Shown: piece by piece, positions 22,092-34,734 of the stretch
Numbering within the stretch: position 1 is the stretch's first letter
Layout: each line of letters opens with the position of its first letter
Assembly: GCF_025526975.1 (NCBI RefSeq)
Contig: NW_026515668.1
Span: 682,001-746,000 of the forward strand
Source of the DNA: Fimicolochytrium jonesii
Lineage: Eukaryota
Reading direction: 5' to 3'
DNA: 64,000 bases
Program-made: the position numbers and the translations under genes
The notes under the pieces: generated by a model
The model's input: only the letters and a program-made list of their open reading frames with translations
What the model was told of the DNA's origin: nothing
Database searches by the model: none

Positions 22092-23186
22092 ATGTACACT
22101 CCAGTCACTCCAGTCTTCCAACCCCGTGTGCTCCGTCCCAGCACCACTCACAACACTCCCAGTCGGACGATACCTGAACGGCCATCCTCGCCTTCAGTCC
22201 CACAATTCGAGTCAGAAACCTCAATGTACGACAGAGGCATCGCCATGCCAGCCCCGCAGAAGCCATTTCTCCTACGAACTCTCCAACACAACATGCTGGT
22301 GCCTCGATTGGACACCTACTCGCCGTCTTTGGAGAAGAGTTATTCCGGCGGTGGTGGTGGGGCAGGAGGGGAGGGAATACAACAAAATAGCAGTGTCGTG
22401 CCACGACAGCAGCAGAAACGTGGCCCCGCAGCCAGGGTCTCGATCAGGCGCTACAATTCCCCGCTCTCCCCGTTGAAGGAGAACACAGAGACGGACGATT
22501 TCTACAGTGGCGAGGACGCCGCCGTGGCAGAGTTGATGGAAATCATGGGCATGCAGCCTCTGCGACGGAACATTGTGGAGGACGATGATGAGCAGGAGGA
22601 GAACGAGGAAGACGAAAATAACCCACCACCTCCCACAAAACGCCGCCCCGGCGGTCACACCCGCAAATCCTCCGTCCCCGCCCTCTTCCAACCCCACGAC
22701 ACCGACCCAACCCCTACAACCACACTCACCCCGCAGCACCCCTCCCTCGCAATCCTCCAACCCCCCCGCCTCGCTTCCACCCCCTTCCGCCCCGTCCCAA
22801 CAACCCCTCCACCCGCCGACCGCTCCCCCGTCTCCCGCTCCAAAAACCCGCTTCCCTTCAACGCACCCTTCTTGAACAGGTACCGCGCACCCTCACCTTT
22901 GGTATCCTCCCCCCAACAACAGTTGGATTTCACCTTTGCGACTGGAGCGGAGTTGGGGCTGTTGTCGCCTTCGCCTGATCATACCAGGGTCGTGGGGAAT
23001 GGGAATGGGAATGGGAATGGGAATGCAACCGGGGTCGGGCCCTATCAGCAGCAACAACGACCCATGAACCCCATGGTCAACCGCATGGTCGATATCGTCT
23101 GCGCCAACGTCGGCGGGAGCGTCCGCCCGAGATCGAAATCGGTGACGGATCTGGATGGTGGGATCCGGCTCGCCTTTGCTTGTTAA
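22092..23186 (+). CDS. Hypothetical Pro/Ser-rich disordered protein, 364 aa
   Basis: Long ATG-initiated ORF with host-like codon usage, acidic tract and (GN)n from a GGGAAT repeat; no domain recognised. Confidence 0.65.
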   Translation: MYTPVTPVFQPRVLRPSTTHNTPSRTIPERPSSPSVPQFESETSMYDRGIAMPAPQKPFLLRTLQHNMLVPRLDTYSPSLEKSYSGGGGGAGGEGIQQNSSVVPRQQQKRGPAARVSIRRYNSPLSPLKENTETDDFYSGEDAAVAELMEIMGMQPLRRNIVEDDDEQEENEEDENNPPPPTKRRPGGHTRKSSVPALFQPHDTDPTPTTTLTPQHPSLAILQPPRLASTPFRPVPTTPPPADRSPVSRSKNPLPFNAPFLNRYRAPSPLVSSPQQQLDFTFATGAELGLLSPSPDHTRVVGNGNGNGNGNATGVGPYQQQQRPMNPMVNRMVDIVCANVGGSVRPRSKSVTDLDGGIRLAFAC

Positions 23187-23970
23187 CGGGGTGGTGTTAT
23201 CCTACCCCTGGATGATCGGGGCAGGGGGTTCTTCAACCCCCCCCCCCTCTTTGTATAGCTTTTGTTTTTTTCTTTGTTTCTTGCTTTTCGTGCTTTCGCG
23301 CGACGGACAATCTGGGTCACGGCGTTTTTCTAGCCCGCATTTGTACACATTTCCACTAGCCACATATCACTGCATGCATAATTGATCCCCCGCCCTCTGT
23401 ATCTAGCTTCCCCCTTCTCCTCGTACATTCCAACCCACATATACGTTTTCCCCACACGCTCATTGTACACTCTGCACGTTTCTCGGTTGGTTACATAGCC
23501 CCCCCCTTTTTGAGGTGCCTTCCATTTGCAAATAGATCGTTTCTTTTCATCATCAGAGAGTGAGGTGAGAATGCATCGTGCGTAAGCGATACGTGTCGAT
23601 GACTAGCGAAGGGAGGAGAGCCCGGCGCCCTCACTCTGTTGCGGGGGAATGTTCCCACTCCTTAAATAAACTTAAGATCAGTCGCGTGCCTCCACGTGAC
23701 TCGAGGAGTCTTTCGCTTAGGAGGTTTCGGGGCCTCGAAACGACGACGACAAACTTGGTCCACAAGGAATCAGCGCAGGACATCCAGACGACGGGAACGA
23801 GCAGGAGAGGATCGCAACGCCATTCTGACTCCGTCTCATTGCCACTGCAGCGCTCTCCTCCGCCTGTTGCTTGAAAGTAGAAGCGATCAATAACACCATT
23901 CCAACACCGGAGCGGGAATCACCACCGGCAATTCGAGCATACGAGTCATAATAGCATAGCATAGTTTGAA

Positions 23971-25893
23971 ATGCCAGCACCAAAGAACATAGATTGCGGC
24001 GCTCTCCTCTTCTCCGAGGGCCGCCGCGCACTCTCCCGGCACGTCAAACAGGCGCAACCATGCACCCGTCGATCTGCGTCCACAGCAACAGCAACCCGGC
24101 CCCGGAATGCGCACATCACCGAGAACCGGCCCCGCGTCGCCCGCATCCGCCACCCAAACCCTCTACCAGCAGGCTTTGACCCGTTCCCGTTCGATAACCC
24201 GGATGCCGACGCGACGCTGTTGTTGGCGAATGCGGTTGCGTTGAAGAATTCGGAGGCGGCTGTGAAGAGTTTGGAGCTGCTGCGGAAGAAGAGTGAGGCG
24301 GGTGTGGAGGATGCCGGGAAGACGGGGCTGGAGAGTGAAGGAAAGAAGGCGGAGCCGAGGGGGTTGGGATCGGTGCTTGGGCCGGAGTACATTGTCGGCG
24401 TGCTGAACATGGTTGCCGACAACGCAGGCGCGACGCAGGCGGAGCTGACGACGGTTGCCAAAGCTGTGCATGGGGATGTGGAGGACGGTGCGGTCGACCT
24501 GAAGGTTGCGGAGGCGTTGATCGGCGTGTGGGGCAGGGTCGGTGATGTCTCCAAGGCGGTCAGGACCGCTTTCGTGGCTTTGTCGGCTGGCCCGTCCTGG
24601 GCGGACGAAGCTAAGATCGGCAATGCGTTGATTGGCGTTTTGGCGAAGGGTGGATACAGCGAGGCTGCTAGGCAGATTTTAAGCGGGCTGGCTGCTAGAG
24701 GTCTCGCGCCGACTGCTGATGCGTATGCGGCTGTTATCAAGGCCTTTGGCGAGGCCGGAGACGTGGAGGCTGCGGAAGAGATTTTCAACTCAATGCGCGA
24801 AGCAGGGGTCGCTCCCACATCCGCTGTCGTTTCCGCTCTCATCCACGGCCATGCATCCCAGGGCCGGATCACCTCCGCCCACAAGTACTTCAACGACCTG
24901 CTGAAACTGCGTCTAGCTCAGACGCCCGACGCATGGACAGGCATGATCCGCGCACACGCCGTGCGCGGCAACGTCGGGGATGCTACAGACTTCTACCGGC
25001 GCATGCGTTCCGCCGGCCTCGAAGCCCCCTCCGACGCGTACGCCTACCTCATCAAAGCGCACGCCAAGAACAAAGACGTAACAGGGGCCAACAAATTCCT
25101 CTACAAAAAGGAGCTGGTGCGTGGCTTCACCCCATCCCCGGCCATGTACGCCGCCATGGTCGACGCCTACGTCGCAGTCGGGGAGATCAACCTCGCATGG
25201 CGTGTGGTCGCAAAAGCGTTCGGCGTAGAAGGTAAAGAGATCCCCGCCATCGTCGTCGCCCCGCTCGCCCGCGACGCAGCAAACAAGGACTTAGGGTACC
25301 TCGCCTACCTCCTCCGCGCGTCGGGTCTGAGCACCTCAGCGAAAGCACCCGACACCGTTGCGGCGCTCATGGAAGCCCTGCTGCGCGACCCGTCATCCTC
25401 CACACGGACACCCAACGCGCAAGCAGCCATCAAGCTCTACACGGCCTTCAACACCCCGCACGTGCCGCACCCGGCCACCCGCCACGCCCATCACCTCGCC
25501 CTGGAAGCCTACGCGCTCGTGAACGACACGGTCAACGCGGATAAGCTGTACAACATCATCCACCAGACAGAGGCACTCACATCCCCGCACGCCACCGCGG
25601 CCTACATCGCCGCCCTGCCCGATGCGGCTGCGGTCACGGACTTTATCGCCACCCTGCCCTCGTCGTCCGTGACCGGCGTCGACACCCTCGTCACGGCGGA
25701 TGTATACGACGCCCTCGTTGCCGCTGCGATCAAACGGAAGGTGGACCCGACGACCGTCGAACGGTGGGTCCGGGAGGCCGTCACCGCGGGCGTCGTGCCT
25801 GTCCCCGCGAAGCATGCCGCGTTGGTGGGTGAGATGCACCGGTTGGAGGTGAGGGCCTTGGTGGACCGGCTTGCGCGCGGGAAGAGTGGGTAG
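23971..25893 (+). CDS. Pentatricopeptide repeat (PPR) protein, likely mitochondrial
   Basis: 35-aa repeats, e.g. DAYAAVIKAFGEAGDVEAAEEIFNSMREAGVAPT and DAWTGMIRAHAVRGNVGDATDFYRRMRSAGLEAP; Arg-rich N-terminus. Confidence 0.88.
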   Translation: MPAPKNIDCGALLFSEGRRALSRHVKQAQPCTRRSASTATATRPRNAHITENRPRVARIRHPNPLPAGFDPFPFDNPDADATLLLANAVALKNSEAAVKSLELLRKKSEAGVEDAGKTGLESEGKKAEPRGLGSVLGPEYIVGVLNMVADNAGATQAELTTVAKAVHGDVEDGAVDLKVAEALIGVWGRVGDVSKAVRTAFVALSAGPSWADEAKIGNALIGVLAKGGYSEAARQILSGLAARGLAPTADAYAAVIKAFGEAGDVEAAEEIFNSMREAGVAPTSAVVSALIHGHASQGRITSAHKYFNDLLKLRLAQTPDAWTGMIRAHAVRGNVGDATDFYRRMRSAGLEAPSDAYAYLIKAHAKNKDVTGANKFLYKKELVRGFTPSPAMYAAMVDAYVAVGEINLAWRVVAKAFGVEGKEIPAIVVAPLARDAANKDLGYLAYLLRASGLSTSAKAPDTVAALMEALLRDPSSSTRTPNAQAAIKLYTAFNTPHVPHPATRHAHHLALEAYALVNDTVNADKLYNIIHQTEALTSPHATAAYIAALPDAAAVTDFIATLPSSSVTGVDTLVTADVYDALVAAAIKRKVDPTTVERWVREAVTAGVVPVPAKHAALVGEMHRLEVRALVDRLARGKSG

Positions 25894-25963
25894 TTTGCGA
25901 TGATTCTTCGCCCCCCCCATCCTTTGAAAACATAGTAGAGTAGATACACACCACCCCTCTCCG

Positions 25964-25970
25964 CCCCCCG

Positions 25971-26000
<30 letters not shown>
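25964..26000. repeat. Poly-C tract (similar tracts: poly-C ~16759-16783, poly-G ~59563-59579)
   Basis: Homopolymer runs seen directly in non-coding DNA. Confidence 0.9.
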
Positions 26001-26001
<1 letters not shown>

Positions 26002-26297
26002 AGGCAGATTCTGAAGATATCGTAATCTAAGCACTGTGAACGTTTATGCGCTTCTGTACTGGTGAAGGGGTTTGAGCTGAGCGTTTGTCGCAATACGACT
26101 TCAAAGAAAGCCCCGGTGCTCTTCGAAGTTCGAACCAGCGGCGAAGGCTGGGCGCGAGACAGTCAAAACAGAACATTTAAACCCACAAGTGACCCATCAC
26201 GTGACCTACAATCCCAAACTCGCCCCGAAAGCCTCGACAATTTTGGGCCCCATTTCGCTCCCCCCTAGTACGACCAACACCACCAACCAACAACAAA

Positions 26298-27578
26298 ATG
26301 CCATCCACAAAAGCTGCCCCAAGAGCAAGCACAGGAGCAGCCTCGCTGTCGGCCAAGCCTACACGCAGCGCCGCCATGTCCCAACCCAGCGTCCGCTCAC
26401 ATCCCCAAACCCCGTCGACAAAACCCATAAGGTAACAGTACGCATTCCGACTCCCCCCATGCTGTCTTGCACCGGACGTAATCATCCTCTTTTCTTTTGA
26501 TAGCAGCCGCAACCGTCCTGCGGGCAAGAACGCAGATTCAGAAGCCGCGGACTGGGCCGCACGGCGGTTGGAGGCGATGATGATGGCCCGGCTGGGGTTG
26601 GGGGGTGGGGAGGGTGGGTCTGGGGCGGGGATGCGGAAACGGAAGGCTGGGACGGCTGGTGAGGGGGGGAAGGGGAAGAGGAGACGGGTGGTGGTGGAGG
26701 AGGAGGAGGAAGAAGAAGAAGAAGAAGAAGCGTGTGTGGTCCCGGGGTCGCACGCGGTTGAGGATATGCGGAGTGATGGAGAGGAGGGTTTTAGCGGGAG
26801 TGAGGGGGATGAGGGTTCATCTGGGGTTGGAGGCGACGATGACGACGACGACGACGAAGAACCCGCGACAACGCTCCCGGGACTCTCGAAATCCAACTCC
26901 AACGCCACCCGCGACCCCAAGATCGTCGTCTTCACCGACACCTCCACCACGCACACGCGCTCCACCGGCTCCAAAGGCGACTGGAAAGCCTTCATGTCCT
27001 CCTCGATCAAGAGACTCTCCTCGGTCCCCAAACCCGCGTCCAAACTCACACCCACCGAAGCCGCGCAGGAAGTACAGGACGTGCAGAACGACCGCTCGCT
27101 CGCCGAGCTCCTCCGCGCCTCCAAGCTGATCGACGACTACACCGCGGCGACGCTCACGGGCCGGGACAGACGCAGACACCTCGAGCAGCGCACGATCGCG
27201 CTGGGCGGCCATAAGGCGAAGGTCAACGTGCCGCAGCAGATCAAGACGGGGATGGACGCCGCTGAGCGCGCGCGCGCGGCCAAACGCTTGCAGACCGCAA
27301 AGGAGCTCGGGCTGTACCACGCGTCGCTCAAGACGCAGATCATGGGCGCCACGGGCGAGAAGGAGCGCGAGGCCAGGACGGAGCGGATCAGGGAGCGGGT
27401 GAAGCACAGGAGTAGGGGCGTGGAGGGCGGGTTTGGGAGTTTCAGGAACGGGGTCCTGAAGGTTAGTAAGGCGGAGATTGAGAGTGTGGAGAAGACGGCG
27501 CGGAGGGTGGCCAAGATCGGGAAGCCGAGGAGGAAGGCCGGCGGGAAGGAGAAGAAGCCGAAGAAGTTTAGAAGGTGA
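26298..27578 (+). CDS. FAF1: Faf1/C1orf131-like 40S ribosome biogenesis factor, 2 exons
   Basis: Motifs WKAFMSS, NDRSLAELL..SKLI, AKELGLY, GFGSFRNGVLKVSKAEI and basic tail. Intron 26432-26503 (or 26506; NAGNAG acceptor) keeps frame. Confidence 0.72.
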
Positions 27579-27910
27579 TTGAAACGAAAACTCCTGGATG
27601 GGAAAACGGCGTGCATAGAGCGAGGCGCGCTGCCAAAGACGGACCCCCCCCCCGTTCCGCTTGCATTCTTCCCCACGTCTCTTTTTGTACATACGACACA
27701 TAAGCTTAATTTATCGGACGCCCATACCATCACCCCAACGCATCATGATTTTAGTGCTCATCTCATTGAGTTATGCCGTATGCAAGTGTGGAATAGGGGG
27801 TTTGCGTCAGTGTCGGGATTTGTGTATGCGTGTCTGAGAAGGCTAACGAGTCCAGAGCGGTCTTTCCGTTTCAATCACCCTAACTGTATGAAGGTGCTCG
27901 ACCGGTTTTC

Positions 27911-29483
27911 CTACTTGTCGTAGGTGTAGAATCCCTTGCCCGATTTCTTGCCTAAGATGCGCGGGAAGAACATGCGTGAGCGAACTGCCCTCCTCCACCG
28001 CTTCTCAATCATCCAAACCAAACCTTCCCAAAACTTACCAAGCCACCCAGCATCGACATACTTCACCAACAGCGGCGCCGGGCGGTACTTATCATCACCC
28101 AACTGGGTATGCAGCACGCGCATGATGGCCAGACATGTGTCGAGGCCGATAAAGTCCGCGAGGGTGAGGGGACCCATGGGGTTGTTGGTGCCGAGCTTCA
28201 TGGTTGTGTCGATGTCTTCGCGGGTTGCGATGTTCTGTTGTTGCAAAAAGATGAGATTGTTGGCCTCAGTTGCCACCATGTAGGCATCCGACTTTTTGAG
28301 ATGGGACTTACATCCTGCAGAACAAAGACAGCCTCGTTGATGTAGGGCATGAGGACACGATTGGCGATGAAACCGGGCATGTCGGACGACTCGGTGGTCG
28401 TCTTTCCCATTGCGTGCGCAAGGGCAAGTGTTTGCGCGAGCGTCGCGTCTGAGGTGGCGATGCCGGGGATGATTTCGACGAGTTTCATGACGGGGACTGG
28501 GGTGGACAAAGGTCAGACGCACGTTCAGTTCAGTTCTGAAGTTTCTTGCGCATGTGAAGACATACCAGGGTTCATGAAATGCATGCCAATGACCTGCTCG
28601 GGGCGCTTTGTTGCCGCGGCGATCTTTGTGATCGAAATGGACGAGGTGTTGGAGGATAGGATGGCGTGGGGCGGGGTCACCTTGTCCAGGCTGGCAAACA
28701 AGTCGCGCTTCAAGATCGGGTTCTCCGTCACGGCCTAGACTCGAGGGAGCCGGGTAACGTCAAAATACCGCCGCGACGATGGGAAACCACATCCGCCCAC
28801 TGATACGTACCTCAATAGCAAAATCCACATCCTTGAACGCAGAAATGTCGGAAGTGGTCGTGATGCGGGCCTTAGACTCTTGCGCCTCCTCCTCTGTGAT
28901 CTTGCCCTTCAACACATCTTTGCGCAGCAGGACGTCTATTAAGGGAAGTAGGGGTATGTGTCAGTCAACTGTAAGACTGCGAGCTGAGGGATGTGCAAAA
29001 TGATACCCTGCTCACTCCGCTCGCGACAAGGATGTTGGGCGAGAACGCGGAGTTCGCTCCCGACGTGTAATGTGAACGACCGTTCGCTGTCGCTCACATT
29101 CACTGCTCGCTTCGCCCACCATCTCACCCACCCCATCTCATCCCTCTTCTCTCCCCTCCCCTCCACCCCCTAACCACCTACCAACAAACTTCAACCCCCT
29201 CTCAATCTGCGCCTTATTCGCATCCAACAACACCACCGGCAATTTCGCCACATGCGCCGCCACAAGACTGATCCCAACGCCCATTTGCCCGGCGCCGACG
29301 ACGCCTACGCGGGATACATTGTGCGCCGTGGATAGGTGTTTGCGGAGGGTGGGGGATGTGCGGAGCTGGGATGGGATTGGGGGTTAGATGGGGGGGGATT
29401 GGAGGGTTGTGGGAGTAGGATGATGGGGCACTTACGCAACGACGGGCGTGCCGCGAGAGGAGGGGGGTGGGTGAGGGGAGCAT
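27911..29483 (-). CDS. 3-hydroxyacyl/3-hydroxybutyryl-CoA dehydrogenase, multi-exon, probably mitochondrial
   Basis: [13 protein letters not shown]ossmann motif, [69 protein letters not shown]. Confidence 0.92.
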
Positions 29484-29951
29484 GATTGTGTGTGTTTGGG
29501 CGAAGGAGTGTTGTGAAGCGGAGGAGATGAGGACGCTGCTGGGGGTTGCGAAGGAGCTCCTGAGCCTGGGGAAAACGGAAGCGCAAAGGGGGAGGGCTGC
29601 TTGTCTTGCGTAGTCGCCCACGTGAGGAAGCCCCAACGCGTCTCGTTTCTTCTCCTTTCTCCTTTCTGAGGATGCACATGGTCACTCTCCTGACGAAAAG
29701 GGCCGCTTCGACGGAGGTATTGTGAAAAGAGTAGGGCTGCAACACCAAGGAAAATCCAAAAAGAAGAGAAAAAGAAAACAGCTCCCGCCACTAACAGCGC
29801 TTGACAGGCTACACTACCATGAAGGCTCAGCTAGCTATACACCGCTCTCCGCCCCGACAAAAGTCTTCCCTAAGCCTTCCCAGGGTATCAGACCACAATC
29901 CCCTCTCCTCTGTCACCCCTCCCATTTCCAACCGTCCAGCGCTCCCAAGCA

Positions 29952-31022
29952 TCACTCAATGAACCTCATCTCCCGCTTCCTGTTCTTGGCGTACTTGTCC
30001 TTGTACGTGTCCCAGATATGCATCAGCTCGTCGAGGTACTTTTGCTGGTATTCGAGGAGCAGTTCTTGGGAAGGTGATTCGACTTTCGGGCAGTCGATTG
30101 GGCGGCCCACTAGATGGAGGTAAAGTTGTTAGTATCGGGAACTGGAAGGTTAGGTCTGACATATCAGGTTTCCTTCTCACTTACCAACGGAGATGATGGG
30201 CCTACGATAGGGCATCAGCCCAGCATTGTACTGAAAGATGCCCCGTCCAAAGAACAACGGCGGGGCAAACGTCATGTACTTCTGGAACACCGTTTGGATC
30301 GTTCGCACAACCGATCCCGGCGGATTGGGCACCTGGTCCCAGATATCGTTCTCCCCAAAGCTATACACCGGCACCAGGCTCGCACCATTCCGCAGAGCGA
30401 CCTTGATGAACCCCAGCCGCTTCTTGACGATCAAGTCCGCGATGCCCGGGAACGCGTGCAGCGATTCGGTGGCTCCGCCCACGACGATCATGCACGAATG
30501 ACCCGGCCCTTTGTTGAGGATGTTGTCGCACGACCGCCGACTGACGGACGAGATGCCGAGCGTGAGCAGTATCTCCCTAACCAGCGGGAGGTGGAAATTG
30601 GTCTGAAGCGTCAACAGCCTCACGTTGATCCCCGAGAACTTCTTGCTGAAATCGGACGCATCGGTGCCGAAGCTCATGAATGCGCCCAGGCCAATGATGC
30701 CATGAGGGTGGTACCCAAACAAGTAGTTCTTACTCGGGTCCAGCTCGACGGTGGGGAGGAGCTGCATGGGGAAGTAGTCCTTGCACCAGCGCCAGACGGG
30801 CAGACGGCGGAAGAACATGCTTCTGCGGGCGCCGACTTCGGGGGCGGGGTCGAGAGCGATGAAGACGAGGTAGGCGAGGCACCAGGGGGTGAATGTTGGG
30901 GTGATGAGGAGGTAGGCGAATACTGTGAGGAGGATTGGGATGAGGAGCATCCAGAGGAGGACGGCTGTCGTCTGGCGACGCCGAGGGAGAGGCGTCGAGA
31001 GAGGGGCCCACTTGACGGCCAT
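29952..31022 (-). CDS. DGA1: Diacylglycerol O-acyltransferase, DGAT2 family, 2 exons
   Basis: YFP, YLFGYHPHGII, VVGGATE, KKRLGFIKVAL..GASLVPVYSFGEND, RRPIISV|VGRPI; intron 30184-30110. Confidence 0.93.
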
Positions 31023-31502
31023 TGTGTGAGGGAGGGAACGAACGTCGGGCCGAGTGGGCTGGAGAGGGAGGAGTGGGTGTTTCTTGGGCGAGTTGGTGTG
31101 CAAGCCACGAATGGAAGCGGCGGCCCACCTCTGTCTGCAAGTGGAAGCCTTGTTGGGAAGGTGTTCAACAACTTCGCTCCGAGTCCCACCCCATGTGGTG
31201 GCACTGGTGATAGTTAAATGAGAGTGCGAGAGATGACTCCCACGCGCATTTCACCCGTTATTTCACACCTCCCAAAGCATTAAGGGCAAAAAAGTCGACT
31301 TTGTGAGAACGACAACAGGCGGAAAGCGGTTTTGGTTGGAGGCACAGCCAGCACCCAGGCAGTCGTGGTTTCTTTCTGTCTCTGTGTCGGTCGGTCGGTC
31401 GGTCGGGTTGGTGGGCTAGCAGGACTGCACGTTGGAAACTGGAATTCCGCTTCTACTCCGCTTCGCTCGGAATTGCAGTCTTCAACAACTCATTCCCGCA
31501 CA

Positions 31503-33691
31503 ATGGCACCCCTCAAACTCCGCCTCGGGTCCGGCATCGCCTCCGACATCCGCGCCCGGCTCGCCGTCTACCCCTCAGACTGGACCGACGGTCTCCACCC
31601 ACGTATCCTGCCCGCAACAGTGTTCATATTCACCGCCAACTTGTTGCCGGCGATAGCGTTCTCCAGCTTTATGTTTAGTGCGACGAACGGGGAATACGGA
31701 ACGACGGAAGTGGTGCTAAGCACGGCGATTTGTAATTTGATTTGGGCGGTGTTTGCGGGGCAGCCGATGGTTATCATGGGCGTTACTGGTGGGTACTGCG
31801 GCCCGCGAACGGGGTGAGAGGCGGGCGAGAACGAGCATTTGTGGTTTTTGGAGAGCGGAGCTAGCCTCCGTTCTTTCGACGAGCGACGCGAGCCGCATTC
31901 GTTTCTGCTACGACGGCCTTTACGGTTCATTGCGATGGTGGACAGTGGACGGACATCGGGCATCGGCCTCGGACATCGGACATCGGACATGGCACTCAAC
32001 ATGCACTTCATCACCCTTGCAGGACCGGTCGCTTTGTTGACTGCAACGATCTACGGCGTGTGTGTGAAATACAGTGTTGTATTCCTGCCCTTCATGTTCT
32101 GGAGTCATGCATGGGCGGCAGTGTTCCATATCATCTTGAGGTAACCCTTCGCGGGCGTTGCTTTGTACGTGATATTGGACCCAACTGAACTCCTTCACGC
32201 AGCATAACAAACGCCTGCTCCATCGTAAAGCATACCACCCGCTTCACTTGCGAAACCTTCGAAGTCCTCATCGCCACCGTCTACATCGTCAAAGGCATCG
32301 AAGAAATCACCGAAACACCCCTCTCAACCCCCGACTCCCAAAAAATGTCTCTACACCTCCTCGGCGTACTCCTCGGCCTCGGCACGCTTCTCGTCATGCA
32401 ATTCCTCTCTACGGCCCGGCGATGGATCCTCTTCCGCAATTGGACACGGGCGATTCTCGCCGACTACTGCGCGCCGTTAACCGTGATCCTGTTCACATGC
32501 CTGACTCTCATCCCCACATTGAAAGACGTGGGCGTGCCAACGCTACCAGCCCCGCCGCGCTTCGAGACGTCGTCCGGGCGTGCGTGGCTGGTCGAGTTCT
32601 GGACACTACCTGTCGGCTGGATCTTTGCGGCGATCGTGCCTGGCCTGATTTTGACGTGTTTGTTCTTCTTTGACCATAACGTGTCGGCGATTATGGCGCA
32701 GAGTCCGGTGTTTGGGCTGAAGAAACCGACGGCGTATCATTATGACTTCTTTGTGTTGGGGATTGCGACGTTGATTTGTGGGTTCCTTGGGGTGAGACTT
32801 GGCCCGCTCTGACATCGTGCCATATTTTGTTCTGACAAATCCTGTTTACAGATACCAGCCGGCAACGGCCTGATCCCCCAGGCCCCCCTCCACACCAAAT
32901 CCCTCGCAAAACCCATCTCCCACTCCAAACTCCACCATCCAGCCGCCACAAACCCACCAACCGCCCACACCTTCACAGACCCCCTCACACCCCCCCTCGC
33001 CCCCCCGACCGGCGCCCACACACCTACCCCCACCACCACCAGCACCCCGCCCGCAGAATACACCGACGTCCTCGAACAACGCCTCTCCAACCTCCTCCAA
33101 TCCCTCCTCACCCTCCTCTTCCTCACCCGCCCCTTCCTAACCGCCCTCCGCGCCGTCCCACGACCCGTCCTCGGCGGCCTCTTCCTCTTCATGGGCCTCG
33201 GCGCCCTCTCCGCCAACACCTTCTTCTCCCGCATCGTGTTGCTGTGCACCGACCCTCGCCTTGTGCCTAGCCGGTACGAAGCGGCGTTCGGGAGGTGGGG
33301 AAAACGGACGGTGAACCTGTTTACGCTGATGCAGGTGGCGATCACCGCGGTGACGTATTGGCTGAGCGAGCGCGCGCCGACGGGGGTGGGGTTGCTTTTC
33401 CCCCTCGTGATCCTGGGGCTGGTGCCGGTGAGGCGGTGGGTGTTGCCCAGGTGGTTTGGGAAGGAGGTTGTGGAGTGGTTGGATGATGTTGGGGGGGATG
33501 TTGGTGGGAATGTGGGGAACGCGGGAGGGGACGAGGAGGAGGACTGGGCTCGGCGGGAGGCTGTGCGGCATGTGGAGATGGAGATGGGCGTGGGTGGGAA
33601 AGACGACGGTGGGACGGGGCGGCATCGTGCTAGGGGGGACGGCGGACATGATGGTGATGACGGTCGGGTTAGGAGCGTGGGAGGCGCATGA
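31503..33691 (+). CDS. BOR1: SLC4/HCO3- transporter family anion exchanger, boron transporter Bor1-like, 4 exons
   Basis: YPSDWTDG, NLLPAIAF, AGQPMVIMGVTG|P, TRFTCETF, FFFDHNVS, LKKPTAYHYDF, GNGLIPQAPLHT, EQRLSN, GLFLFMG. Introns 31789-32022, ~32141-32202, ~32792-32852. Confidence 0.9.
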
Positions 33692-34734
33692 ATGGGACCC
33701 CATCATTTCGCCCACATTCGGGGTTGGATGACCAGATCTAGGACGAGGGCATCTGCCGGACTCGAAGCCTACGCCGTATGTCTCCCCCGTCACATTCGGG
33801 TGTTGTTGCGATACCCGTCCAAGGCGTCCATGACATCACACGCTCCTCTCACGGACGGGACCCCGCCAACTCAAATACCTCCCCCGACACTTGGGCATAC
33901 TTTTGGTTATTTATCTTCACATTATTCCGCGTTGGAGAACGCAATAATGGAGGCGCTTGTACAGTAGTCTATAGATGCAGGACTTCACAGTATATATGTA
34001 AAGACGTGGTGCGAATAGAATGCGAGTAGCGGGTCGTTGCGAATAAGGAGAGGACTGTATATGTAGGGGTTTTATCGGAGATTGGCGTTTTTTTCGGGAG
34101 TCATGTCGGGTGCTCTGCGAATGCGCCCTGCCCACGTTCCAATTCAGCCAGCACTATTCAGCAAAAGTAAGGCATATCTGCACATGCTGAAGCGCTTATT
34201 CCCGAAAATACCGATACCAAATGACAGCGTTATCCGTCGTTGTCGGCCCCATCATTTCAAGCCTGTGGGAAAACAACAATAGCGCACAGCCAGTCGACGT
34301 GCTTACACCCCAGCCCCAACGCCCGGAATCCGCCCACGAACACGCTCGCTCTCCTGTGCGTCTTGTGCAGGGGCAAACCTCCCTCCTGCAGGGATTCCCA
34401 AGGAGGTTGTGCTGGCGGCTGGCCACCGCGTCGACGCTTACGTGTTCATGTTCAGAACACGTCCCCCGACTGCATTCTACGTGGCGCCCTTCTCCTGGCT
34501 GCCCTGGCCTCCCACAGCGAGATGGGCGGCGGATGGGTTCCCGGCCGCCGCGCTCCGGATCCAAGACGACCGGCGCATGCAGCCTGCGTCGGCCGGATGA
34601 CGGCTTGACCCTGTATAAATAGCCGCAGCCCGATCTAGCTGCCCAATTATAGTACTCATGTATGTTCCAGTTGTATAGTCAGTCATCTTCTCACAGTACG
34701 GTACAGTCACTCCCGTATATTTTAGCCAGCTACC

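Noticed and set aside
23946..24893. 315-aa minus-strand ORF, and similar antisense ORFs over FAF1, DGAT2 and PET127
   Set aside because: Antisense shadows of well-supported GC-rich genes.
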